Shown here: positions 27,090-39,376 of the stretch, piece by piece
How positions within the stretch are numbered: the first letter of the stretch is position 1
How the letters are laid out: every line of letters starts with the position of its first letter
Assembly (NCBI RefSeq): GCF_009914755.1
Contig: NC_060944.1
DNA length: 64,000 nucleotides
Reading direction: 5' to 3' (one strand)
Source of the DNA: the human T2T-CHM13v2.0 reference genome, Homo sapiens
Translations under genes and position numbers: made by a program
The notes under the pieces: model-generated
The model's input: only the letters and a program-made list of their open reading frames with translations
The model's database searches: none
Told to the model about the DNA's origin: nothing

Positions 27090-28590
27090 GTGTGGTTCAA
27101 AATCACACTGGGCTGGAAGAGGGAGGGATGCCCTATTCTGAGTGTGGGTTTTGGTACCAGGCAACTGTGGGTTTGAACCCAAGCTGTGTGACCCTGGGCA
27201 GCTTCCCCAACCTTTCTCAGCTGGTTTTCTCGCCTGTGAATCTAACCTAACCTGTAAGACGGCAGTGAGGGCGAGATCTGTATCGGGTGAAAGCTCGTCG
27301 AAGGCACTGAATTCTTAAACCATCCTAGGCCTCAGTTTCCACAACTGTCAAAGAAGGATGGGGATTTTGAAGTCTGGACAGATGCTGCAAGAGCCCAGAA
27401 GGAGATCAATGATGAGGAGCTCTGAACCCAGAAGCCATGGCAGTCTGGGCTGCACTGACTAAGCTGTGTACTCCCTAGGGAGGGCGGATGGCCGGCTCCC
27501 ACCACCCCAGCCCAGCTGAGGAGCAGCTGGCCTTGCAGTGGGCTCCTTGGATCCATGTCACTTTTGTGGGTCACCTGGACAGCCCGGCACAGGGGCCTTT
27601 GGTGTGGGAGTTCCTCAGAGCATGAATTTTCACCTCCTGTATACACTGGGGTTTTCTCAGCCGGTGAGACGGTGGGAGCCCCAGGGTTCCCCTCGGCCCC
27701 AAAGATTCTCAACCTGATTCAGGGGAGAAGGCTGGCACCCCTGGGGGTGCAAGATGGCCCCAGTCCTGCCCAGGGGCTAATTCCCTGTGGGAGACCTGAA
27801 AAGGCTCTGGGACAACAGTGCCACTTAATTTTAGCTTGACGATTGGCCTCTGGACGAGATGTCAGCACAGGGAACTATTTATAGCAATTCCTGCCCCTCT
27901 ATGGTTGCTCTGCCTGTGTGGGTTGGATTGAATTTTGCTTAATGGCCAGATGGATTCAGACAAGCAGATTTTTAGTCCAAACTATGTCAAATGGCCATTT
28001 AGACGACTTTCCCTCTTCAATCATTCATTGCATTGTTCAATGAATCTTTCTAGGGCAATGACAATGTGCCAGGCAGTGTCTGGGCACCGTGGAGACAGGA
28101 GCAAAAGAAGTAGGCCAGCCCCATTCCCACACAGCTCACCCTCGATGGGATTGAGCAATTGACCACTGGCAAAGCACCTACTGTGTGCCAGGCAGTATTT
28201 TAGGCAGTCTTCCCTGGGAGACAGCTGGGAACAGGACAGACCAGTCCCTGTCCTTGCATAACTCTCAGTCTATTCAGCCATTGGAATTAATAAACTCTGA
28301 CACAGCACCTACTATGTGCAGTGGTGATGGTAGAGGGAGCGCGGGGCTCAGCCGTGCTCAAGCTGCTCCTGGCCTCACTCACTGTGGGAGGCAAGGGAAA
28401 GGCCACCAGGTGGTGAAGCAGGAAGGAGGCTGGGGTGAGCCCAGGGACGCTGGCTCTACCGCTGGGTGTTCTGTGATGAAGGTCAAGCCCTTGGCTTCGC
28501 TGGCCTCAGTTTCCACACCTGTAATACATTTTGGGGTGCTGTGTGTCTGCAGCTCCCAAAAGATGGTGAATGGGGGTGCCTTCAAGTGAT
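27090..28590. mobile_element. MIR fragments (~27090-27310, ~28480-28590) and L2 3' ends (~28015-28320, -)
   Basis: agctgtgtgaccctgggcag...; tcattcattgcattgttcaatgaa...atgtgccaggca. Confidence 0.6.
28401..28415 (+). promoter_or_regulatory. Candidate CTCF core motif
   Basis: GGCCACCAGGTGGTG resembles the CTCF consensus CCACCAGGTGGCG; motif match only. Confidence 0.3.
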
Positions 28591-28620
28591 GAAAGAACAA
28601 ATCATTTCTGTGTTGTTATC

Positions 28621-28954
28621 TTTTTTTTTCTTTCTATCTCTTTTTTTTTTTTTTTTTTTTTTGTGAGCTAGAGTCTCGCTCTGTCACCAGGTCGCTCAGG
28701 CTGGAGTGCAGTGGCTGGTCTTGGCTCACTGCAACCTCCGCCTCCCAGGTTCAAGTGATTCTTCTACCTCAGCCTCCCGAGTAGCTGGGATTACAGGTGC
28801 ATGCCACCACACCCGGCTAATTTTTTGTACTTTTAGTAGAGACAGGGTTTCACCATGTAGGCCAGGCTGGTCTCAAACTCCTGACCTCAAGTGGTCCACT
28901 CACTTTGGCCTCCCAAAGTGCTGAGATTACAGGCATGAGCCACTGAGCCAGGCC
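28621..28954 (-). mobile_element. AluSx-like
   Basis: Full Alu; TSD tgttatc. Confidence 0.97.
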
Positions 28955-29644
28955 TGTTATCATTTGTTTTAATATGAAACAGGAAAAAAATACACCCCTG
29001 GCATTTCAAGTCCAGTCAACAGAGTCTCCTTGAAAGGGGTATATTTAAGTTAAAGAGAGAGGGGAGTGGTGATTGAACTGAGAATATGAGGTAAATAACA
29101 GTGCCAAGGACTATGGCACAATCTCCAAGCAGGCGGTCAGTGGGGTTGGATGTGGGGCTGTAGAGGATTTGGAAGATTCAGCTGGATGTGCGGGGTCTCT
29201 GGCTGCAGGTCCCCAGTGCCCCCCTGTGACTCCTATTGGTGAGGAGGGCTGGGACATCCTGTTCAGAGTAGGTCTTGGGATGAATCCACTCCCCAGCGTG
29301 CATGTCCCTTGGAGCAGCTCTGTGCCCAGCAGGGGCTATTGTGACTGGCAGGGCCTTTGCAGGCAATTTGGGAGGTCCTTTGCAGGTGGCTGGGGACTGG
29401 GTGTCCCCGAGCTTCCTAAGGAGGCCTGTCCTTCTGTTCCTAAGGAGGCCTGTTTCTGGGCGGTGCCCTCCTGCTTGCCTCTCTACCTATCCATGTGGTC
29501 TTCAGGGGTCCCTGCAGGTACCAGCCCTGAGCTTCTCCCTTCAGGTTGGGGGTCCCTGAGGAGGGCGCTGGGCCCCAGCTGTTGAGGGAGAAGCTAGGGT
29601 GTCTCCCCTCTCCCACCAGCCTACAGAGAGGAGGGAGCCTGTCA

Positions 29645-30510
29645 GGAAGGAGCCCTCGCTGGGAGAAGGGGCCCTCGCTGGGAAAAGGGGTCCTCACGGG
29701 GAGAAGGAGCCCTCGTGGGGGGAAGAAGCCCTCGGTGGGAGAATGGACCCTCACTGGGAGAAGGAGCCCTCGCTGGGAGAAGGAGTCCTCGCTGGGAGAA
29801 GGGGCCCTCGCTGGGAGAAGGAGCCCTTGCTGGGAAAAGGGGCCCTCATGGGGAGAAGGAGCCCTCGTGGGGAGAAGGAGCCCTCACGGGTAGAAGGAGC
29901 CCTCGGTGGGAGAATGGACCCTCACTGGGAGAAGGGGCCCTCGCTGGGAGAAGGAGCCCTCGTGGGGAGAAGGAGCCCTCACGGGTAGAAGGAGCCCTCG
30001 GTGGGAGAAGGAGCCCTCGGTGGGAGAATGGACCCTCACTGGGAGAAGGGGCCCTCGCTGGGAGAAGGAGCCCTCGCTGGGAGAAGGGGCCCTCACGGGG
30101 AGAAGGAGCCCTTGTGGGGAGAAGGAGCCCTCACTGGGAGAAGGAGCCCTCGCTGGGAGAAGGGACCCTCACTGGGAGAAGGAACCCTTGCTGGGAAAAG
30201 GGGCCCTCACGGGGAGAAGGAGCCCTCGTGGGGAGAAGGAGCCCTCGCTGGGAGAAGGGACCCTCACTGGGAGAAGGAGCCCTCACTGGGAGAAGGAGCC
30301 CTCACGGGGAGAAGGGGCCCTCATGGGGAGAAGGAGCCCTTGCTGGGAGAAGGGACCCTCACTGGGAGAAGGAGCCCTCGCTGGGAGAAGGGAACCTCAC
30401 TGGGAGAAGGAGCCCTTGCTGGGAAAAGGGGCCCTCATGGGGAGAAGGAGCCCTCGTGGGGAGAAGGAGCCCTCGGTGGGAGAAGCAGCCCTTGGTGGGA
30501 GAAGGGACCC
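29645..30510. repeat. GC-rich minisatellite (VNTR), 19-bp unit GGGAGAAGGAGCCCTCRCT, ~45 copies
   Basis: Variant units recur at spacings of 114, 152, 171, 228 and 361 bp, all multiples of 19. Confidence 0.97.
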
Positions 30511-30829
30511 ACCAAATCGCACACATGCCATTGTTGCTCCTTCCGTGTGCCCTTCTGCAGCTTGTGAGGTCTTCAGGACAGAGTTCCACCACTTCAGCCC
30601 CACCCAGTGGAGTCTGTCCGCCCCTCTGAGCCCCCTCCGAGCTTTTCTCCTACCCCCAGTTCCATTGCCTTCCTGAGCCTGAAGTCGGGAAAGTCGCTTG
30701 GGGTTGTTGGGGGCTCAGTTTCCCCATCTGTAAAATGGGCTCGCAGCCACTTCTCCATCTCAAAGTGCTGTCGTGAGGATTGGCACCTGCCTCTGTGAGT
30801 GCCCAGCAAATTGTTGTGCTTTTTCTGAA

Positions 30830-31228
30830 ATGGCATTAGTTTCCTAAGGCTGCCGGAACCAAAGCCCACAGCTGTGTGCTCCACAGCAAACATTGATTCT
30901 TCACACTTCTGGAGGCTGGAAGTCTGAATTCGAGGAGCTTGCAGGGCCGTACTCCCTCTGGAGGCTCTGCTGGCTGCAGGCCGCCCACCACATGTCCCGG
31001 CCTGCAATCACCTCGTCCCAGCCTCAGCCTCTGTCCTCACATGGCTTCTTCCCTCTGTTTCTCCTCTTCTTCTAAGGACACCAGTCAGATTGGATTAGGG
31101 CCTGTCCTGATTCATTATGACCTCATCTTCACTTGATTACATCTGGAATGACTCTATCTCCAAGTAACATCACCTTCTGAGGTCCAGGTGGATTAATTTT
31201 GGGGCAGACACAATTCACCCCAGGACAG
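30830..31228 (-). mobile_element. MLT1B/C-like LTR flanked by MIRs
   Basis: ttctggaggctggaagtc...aaggacaccagtcagattggattagggcc...atgacctcatctt. Confidence 0.85.
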
Positions 31229-31499
31229 TGGCAATTTTGTTTACTTGCTTCAGCGAGCCTTGTGAGGTGGGTATTATCACACCCATTTATCAGATGTGAA
31301 AACTGAGGCTGAGGGACTGAGGGCCCCAAGAGCTGCTAAGTGACAAATTCAGGACTTGTACCCAGAGCATTTTAGAACCCAGTGAGGTCAGGGAGTGCAC
31401 AGGTCCTCAAATTCACACTGCCTCTCCAGCTGTACAGTCCACAAAATTGGTGGTAAACAGAAACACTGAAGAAGAAGAAGAAAAAAACAGAAAACTCAA

Positions 31500-32060
31500 A
31501 TGGGCTCTGTGTGTTTATAACCAAAGACTTTCTCCAGAGAGTGTGGTATAAAATTTTAATATTTTAGGCAGGCAGGCAATACTTCTTGTCTAGACATTGA
31601 GAAATGTTCAGACACAGAATTATTTCCAAGCTCCAGCCAACACAGTGGCGTCCCCCGCATTCCCCCAGATGAGGGGTGTCATTTACTTTGCATTTGTGAG
31701 CAGACACCACAGGGGCCTGATTGCTGCTGGGAGGCCCGGACCTCCGCGGGTCGCAGCGTTGCCGTGGACCCCAGAGATGCCAGCGGCCGCGCTGTCTTTT
31801 CCCAGACAATTGAGCTGCTTACAAATCAATAACAACAAGGTTGACGGGGATGGGGGCTTGATCACACTGAGGTGCACACAGCTGTCAGAACGCGGTGACT
31901 GTGCACATGAGATCGTAAACTCCCTAATTAGCTTTCGAGGAGAAGGCGTGAGGGCTGAGGGTCCAGCTGGCGCTTCCTGCTTTGCTTTCTGTCTCTCTTG
32001 TCTGCCGTCTGGGAAGGTGAGCAAGCAGGCCCTCCGTTGCTCACTGTAATTGGTGATGAA
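31500..32060. promoter_or_regulatory. Candidate enhancer (repeat-free, locally CpG-rich, dense TF motifs)
   Basis: GTCTAGAC 31588, GCGGCCGC 31783, AAATCAATA 31823, CAGCTGTCA 31879, CTAATTAG 31924. Confidence 0.4.
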
Positions 32061-33185
32061 GACGGGGACTGGTGCTCTAGTGCCGGATGTCTTCTGTGCT
32101 GTGTGCCCTTCAGCCGGTTCCTGTCCCTCTCTGTGCCTCAGATTCCTCATTGATACAATGAGCTCAGGCTCCCGGGGGCTTGCAGAGTTGGCAAAACTGG
32201 TCTCTTGACCCCTAACAGTTCCCATGGGACCCAGGCTGGAGACCAGCAGAGGCAAGGCTGGGAGACAGCAGAGGGCGAGGGCAGTCTTCCAGGCTCAGAA
32301 AGGCTGCTCTTGGCTCTTCCCATCCAAGGAGAGTCCCGCGTGGCCAGCACCAAGGATCTCTCCCACTTGGAGGTGAGGAAACTGAGGCTTAGAGCCAGGG
32401 CTAGGACTCTAGTCTTCCTGCCCTCGGGGGCCTCTCCTGGCTGCATCTTTGTTCTCCAGCATTTCCGGAGCACCGGCTGGGTCCCAGGCTGGGTGCTGCA
32501 GGTCCTGGTCTAGCATGGTAAAACCAACGGGACTTCCAAGCCCGAGCAGGGCAGGTGGGACCCTGCACCTTCCCTGACTAAACCTCCCTACTCATCTCGT
32601 TGTCATTAAGATTGAAGACCATTTATTGAGCAGCTACTGTATGCCAGGCACCTTTGAACACTCAAGCTGCTACGGTGGATGGTGGAGAGAAGGGTGGGTT
32701 AGTGGAGGGGAAGGTGTCAGGAACCCCGATGTCCTTGGAACAGAGCAGCCCCCACCCTCCCAGGGTGGCTGTGGACTCTTTCCTTCTCTCTTGAGCCCTC
32801 GCATGCAGTGGTGTCTGGTAGAAACATGTACTCTCCACCCGTCAAAGCAGCAGTAGCATAAATAGCATCAGGAATGTTGGAGATCTCAGGCTTTGAGGCC
32901 CAGAGTTGAGTTGCTACTTTACATGATTTAATTACCGAAAAAAACTGTGTTACTTCCCTTCCAACATAACCTTGCAGCGTCTCAGAAATGCTTGCCGAGC
33001 AAGCCTGCAGAAAAATTTGGAGGCTGGCGGGTGCTCCCCCTGCTTGTTAAGCACTCACTGTGTGCTGGGCTCTGTGCTTAGGACTGTCTGTGCACCGTCT
33101 GCTTACAGCCTTACAACAATCCTTTCAACGAGCCATACCTTTGTCCCATTCTACAGAGAAAAGGAATGAGAACTGGCAAAGCTGG

Positions 33186-33695
33186 TGTGGTCAACAGCAG
33201 GATGGCCTCTCAAAGATGCCCATGTCCTAAGCCTCAGAATCTGTGCTACGTTATGTTACAGGCCCAAGGGGGACTAAGGCTGCAGATGGAACTCAGGTCG
33301 CTTATCGGTCAACCCTGAGATGGGAGATTATCTGGGATTAGCAGATTGGCCCAGTGGAAACACAAGGGCCCTCAAACCTTTGTGGTTTTGGAAACACAAA
33401 GTAGAAGAGGAGGCAGGAGAATCGGCACAGAGCGATATGATGTGAGAGACGCCCGGCCAGGCTCTGAATGTGGAGGAAGGGCCACAGGGCAAGGAGCGTG
33501 GGGGCCTCTACCAGTGGGGAACATAAGATGTGAATTCTCCTCTGGAGTGTCCAGAAGGAACACAGTCTGCTCGACATCTTGATTTTAGAGACCCATTGCG
33601 GATTTCTAGACTGGCCTCTAGGTCTGCAAGATCATAAGCACGTTTTGTTTTCAGCCAGTAAGCGTGTGGTCATGTGGTTCCGCAGCTGTGGGAAG
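33186..33695 (+). mobile_element. MLT1E-like LTR
   Basis: caaagatgcccatgtcctaa...ctaaggctgcagatggaactcagg...ctgagatgggagattatctgggatta. Confidence 0.85.
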
Positions 33696-34282
33696 CCCAC
33701 ACAGCGGACTTCTCGTCTACGTCCGTGATGGGGGCTGCATCCATGCCCAACCTCAGCCACTGATTCAGGGATGGCCACGTGGACAAGGCTGGGAAATACA
33801 AAGCAATCCTTGGGCTCCGCTGGAACCAACAGGGGCGGAACGCTGTCTTTCCATCAGGGCTGCTGAGGGGATGCAGCAGGTGTTACCCTGGAGCTGCTGG
33901 GGGGTCTATTTGCGACCACGAGGTGCATGTTCATCTGAATGACAGAACTGGGTGAGAGGGAAGCGGGATGGTGACGTTGTGTGAGATTCTGGATAGACCA
34001 TGCCTGAAGCCAACTGGCCTTTATGTTCCAAAAACCTGTAACTGTCCCTCTGCACTCAGGCTGCTCTGAGCTGTGCTTCTCATCACCTGCACCTGATACA
34101 TTCCTGGCTGTCCCAGGATCCAAGCCTGGCTTTTGAAAGCCTGTAGGATTCGAACGTGGCCTTGCTGGTCCTTATGTACACTCTCCCTTTCAGAGTTTCA
34201 GAGCGAGAGGACAGAAAGTCAGACATCAGGGAAGCTTAGACTCATAATTGTGGAAAGGGACACTTGGAGAAGACTTTCAGTC

Positions 34283-34557
34283 TCTTTTTTTGAGACAGGG
34301 TCTCATACTCACTCAGGTTGAGTGCAGTCGTACAGCTCAAACGACCTCCCCAGCTCAAACGACCTTCCCTCCTCAGCCTCCCGAGGAGCTGGGACCACAG
34401 ATGTGTGCCACTACATCTGGCTAATTTTTGTATTTTTTGTATAGACAGGATTTCGCTACATTGCCCAGGCTGGTCTCGAGCTCCTGGGCTCAAGCAATCT
34501 TCCTGCCTCAGCCTCCCCAAGTGCTGGGGTTACAGGTGTGAGCCACCGCACCTGGCT
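34283..34557 (-). mobile_element. AluJ with an internal duplication (cagctcaaacgacct x2)
   Basis: J-type ctcctgggctcaagcaatcttcc. Confidence 0.92.
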
Positions 34558-35349
34558 TTGTTTTACACTTTTTACACTGAGGTGCAGAGAGGGGAGGTAA
34601 CTTGCCCAAGGTCACCCAGCTGGTAAGAGACAGTTGGAATTAAAACCTGCTTCTCAGCCTGCTCCGCCCCTCTTGGCCCTCAGCAGTCCCACAAGAAAGG
34701 GCTTCGGGTCTATAATTTCTGGTGGGTTTTTTGCTGACAGAACTCAGGAGAGACCTGAGCTTGCCCGGCCTTGTTTTTGCCACACTCATAATGCGGCCCA
34801 CATTTTCTTGCGGTGGAGCTTTCAGAAGCTGGCGTTCTGACTGGGCCGCTCTCCAGCCCAGGACTCGTCTGGAAGCCGTTTGTGGGGTCTGCCATCTGGT
34901 GAGCTGCGGCTGTGCGGTTAATATTTCCCAGACTAGGCTGCTTCCTGGTCCCCCAGACTCTCCGGCCCCCTCAAAGTGCGGCAGAGAGAGGAATGTGCTA
35001 CAGGCGGGTCCCCCGTCCACGCATGTCTCTCTCTTGGTTACCTGCCACGCTTCCAGGAGACAGATGGCTCCACTTAACATGTGGCTTGGAGCCAGGAGGT
35101 CCTGGACCCCAGGCCGGCGATACCAAACACCAGAGTGTCAGATGCAGGACTGGCTCCCATCCACCCAGTCCCAGCTGGGAACACGTGCTTTGTTTCTCCC
35201 TTCCTCCCAGTTCTCTCGTCTTTGTGTTTTTCAGCCTTGCCACCATTTTCAAAGACCCTTTTTATACACACCCTCACCCAGGGTTTATTCCAGAGGACTG
35301 TTCTTCTCTTACTGCCAGCTTGTCTGAGCGACCCCCTATCACTCATGAT

Positions 35350-36870
35350 GAACTGGATGTTTACTTAGCACCTACCAAGTGCCAGGGAGTTGCAGACGGT
35401 ATTCGCTCTGTAGCAACCTGAGATAGGTACGATTCTGACCCCATTTCAGTGCCAGGGAAGGCACCCAGAGCTGTGGAGTGACGATCTGAGGCCCACACAG
35501 CTGGGAAGAGATAAAAGCAGGGGCCATGATGACATGGATCTTATTATGCCCATTTTACTGTTGAGGGAACTGAAGCCCAGCACAGCCATGTGACTTGCTC
35601 AGAGACACACAGCAGATGAGCCGCCAAGATGAGGCCAGCCTCTTTCTGACTTCCTTCTGGTTTCCTTTCTCCCACAGGGACCCCACTGAGCCATGAGCTC
35701 TAGAATCTGTACGGTGGGCAGACGACCTTGACCACGGGACATGTTCCTTCTGGATCCTGCCCCAGGTCAAGGTGGTTGGAAACCCTCCCTGGCCTGAAAG
35801 CCGTTAAAGCTAGTGAATGAGCAGGAGGGTGGTGGGAGATGAGGTCAAAGAGACACCTTCTTAAATAGAGGAAGGAACCTGTTGATGGCATGTTCTACAA
35901 CCCAGACATCCGACTGCCATTGGTTAAGGCAAGTGAACCACGTGCCACATACAGTGTCCATGCCACACTTGTGACGACGGGAGGGTGTGTGCAATCTCAT
36001 TATCCCCAGTTAGCAGGAAAGGCCAGAGGCTCCAGGAGGTGACCAGGCAGAGGAAGCCACTGCTGCTGAGGCTGTCCCCACTGGGGCTTGTGAGCTGAGG
36101 GAGGTGGGCTCGGCTAAACATGAAAACTAGGAGAGGAAACCTGCCCGCAGCTTGGCTTTTGCTGGATGACAATGTGGCTCCACTTTCCCTATTTCCAGCC
36201 AGGCATTTCAGAGACTCTTGGCAGTATCAGTCCATACCGCCTCCGGAGGCACCAGCTACAGTGTCTGCTTGTGCATAGCTGGCGGGAGTTGCCTCTACTG
36301 AACTTTCCTCCCATGGGCTCTGTGGAGCTGCTCCTGAGAGCTGGACCTGAGAGCGGACGGGCCCAGATACCCCCGTGCGGGAGCTCATAGCTGCTGGTAA
36401 GCCAGGGCGGCATGTGAAAGTGTCTGTTCACTCATTCACACAAAAGTCCTCCTTGACACCCACAATCCTGGGCACCAGGATGCGGCCCCAGGCAGGGCTG
36501 GTGAAGTCTTTTCTCCTGAAGCTCATGTTCTACCAGAAGAGTCACAAATAAAAACATAACGCAGAGAAGTGACAAAGGATGGCAGGGGTCCAGGAAGACC
36601 GCTCCCAGGAGGTGGTCTTTGTGGAGAGAGAGACCCTCGGGGAAGGACTTGATGACAGAGGGCGTGGAGGGCCTCATGCATCGATTCCCTGCTGTCTGCT
36701 GGCTCTGGCCACAGGCACTCACTGAGGCCCATTTCATAGGTGGGAAACTGAGGCACAGGGAAGCTAGGCAACTTGCCGGGAGTCCTCATGCTAAGAAGCA
36801 GCATGGGCAGGCTTCAAAGCCAAGCCCCCGGCTCCAGGGCTCGAACACATAACCCCCGGGCTACACACAG
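35350..36870 (-). mobile_element. Several MIR fragments and an L2 3' end (~36430-36640)
   Basis: cccattttactgttgagggaactgaagcccag; gggaaactgaggcacagggaagctaggcaacttgcc. Confidence 0.6.
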
Positions 36871-37925
36871 TCTTTCCCTTGATACTCACCATATCCTGTG
36901 GCTCCAAGTGAAGATCCCGTGCATATCTAATGCCAAAGGACAGCAGCCCTGGGCACTAGCAGCCTGGCTCACAGAAAGCAGACTCCCCCACCCCGCGCCA
37001 CATTCCCCCACCATTTCTGGGTGTCCTCAGGGGAGCCTTGAGTCGGCTCATGGGGAGGTCAGGCAGCTACAGCTTCCCAAGCTCTCTGGGCCAAAGGGCT
37101 GGATTTGTGTTGCTAATCAGACACCCATATGGGGTCCCCTGCAGCTCACGTCACACACGACCCACTATGTGAGTCTGACATCACCCAGACTGGGCTGAGC
37201 TCCGACTACATGCTTGGGGGTCGTGGCGCTGCCATCGTCATGCTTTTAAAAGCACCCCCAATGTCTGTGCTTGTCTCATCATGGATGGGCCACAGAAAGG
37301 CCTCATGCCACAAGAAGCACTCAGCTGTGTGGCCAAGTGGCCAAGTAGCATCCATCCGTTTGTCTCCTAGAGCTGGGCCACACAGGTCCCCTCCGCCTGC
37401 CCGAGGGGCCCCAGCATGTCTAACTGACATCATCATACAAACAAGAGCATGCAGATGGAGGGTGTGTCCCCAAATGCCTCCAAAGCCCCAGTCATTGGTT
37501 CAAACTCTGAGGTCTGAGCGCTGAGCTTCCGTGCTCAAACCGCTGCTGACCTTCACGAGCTCGGTGCTGCAGCTCTGCTGCCATGGGTCCAGCCTGCAAG
37601 TCTCCAGCAACTCTAGCAGCTTCTGGCCTGGAAGCAGCTGCCCACCCCAGTGTGCCTGTGCCCCCACGCTCCTGTGCTTTCTCTCCAGGCTGGGCCTCCC
37701 ACCAACATGGCCCTCTCCCAGGAGGGATCCAAGGCTAGCATAGCTCTGCATGACAGGCGTGGTGGATCAGGGCACCTGCCCAGCTCAGCCAGTCTCCAGT
37801 GCCCCTTCCTCTGTGCCAGGCGGCAGCAGCACCCCTGGACAGAAGAGACAGCCAGGAAGGTGGTCTCATGGAAACCCAGTGGAGCAGAGAAATGAGGAAA
37901 TAAAGCACATTCTATCCAACTTTAG

Positions 37926-38514
<589 letters not shown>

Positions 38515-38579
38515 AACAGAAGACATTCTTAAGCATGCGCTCCTGGGAGGTTTGGGACCAAGGTTAGTTTGATTTGTTC

Positions 38580-39150
38580 TCTGCACAAATGTGGTGGCTG
38601 CTTCATTTTAACATGCTAAATGTTATGAAGTCACTTTGAATTACGGTAGGGAAAAGCTGTAGAGGCCCATCTCCTTTCTCAAGCCTGACAAAGCACTTTA
38701 TAATCACATTCTTTCTGGAACGTCTATCAGAAACACGTTATATTAAGATGCAAAGCTATTTGTTAAAGTCGTCAAACTGCAACTGAAAAACACGATTTTT
38801 TATTTTTGCCATGTATGTTTTTTTCTCTCATCATCACCAAGAAAATTGAAGTCTAAACTCCAGCAGACAATTAGGCCTCATGGAGTGGTGTCATGTCTGC
38901 GGGCTTCTGTGATGCTTGCAGTGGCCTTTAATTAGATTCAGGGTCTCTATATGTGGGGCTCCAGCTTAATGCAATTTGGAAACTAATCATGTTTAATTAG
39001 GTTGTATTATTAGGGAACAGCTGAGCAAATGGAAGACTGTGCTGCATACTAGGGAAACTTACAAAAGCAATATCACAAAACACACAGTTATTACCAGCGA
39101 GATGAGCAAAAGTCATCTGCATTACATTTGAGTGATTTGATTTGCTTCCC
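38580..39150. promoter_or_regulatory. Candidate conserved non-coding element / developmental enhancer
   Basis: Repeat-free AT-rich island in GC-rich surroundings; TTAATTAG at 38928 and 38993, CAATTAG, CTAATC, TGACA/TGTCA, CAGCTG. Confidence 0.45.
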
Positions 39151-39376
39151 CCTGGAGAGGTTCTGAGGCTTGTCCCGTCTTTAAGGTGTTGTGTTTAGCT
39201 GTGTCTAGGCTTGGGCAGACCTCACGGCCACCTCTCTCAGAATGGAGGTGACTTGACTTCAGGCAGTCATCTGGAGAAGTCTCCTGCACCTGGGCACCAC
39301 ACTTCAGGGCAGATATGTCCTTGCTGCTTTTTCTTAGGGCACATGGTTCAAGGACAGCCCTGGCAGCTGAAACCCA

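Noticed and set aside
29645-30510. CRISPR-like array
   Set aside because: Units are contiguous with no unique spacers, there are no cas genes, and the DNA is primate.
29546-30676. Long ORFs of up to 304 aa (GEGALAGRRSPRWEK repeats)
   Set aside because: Artefact of a nearly stop-free 19-bp VNTR that is open in all three frames; no gene context.
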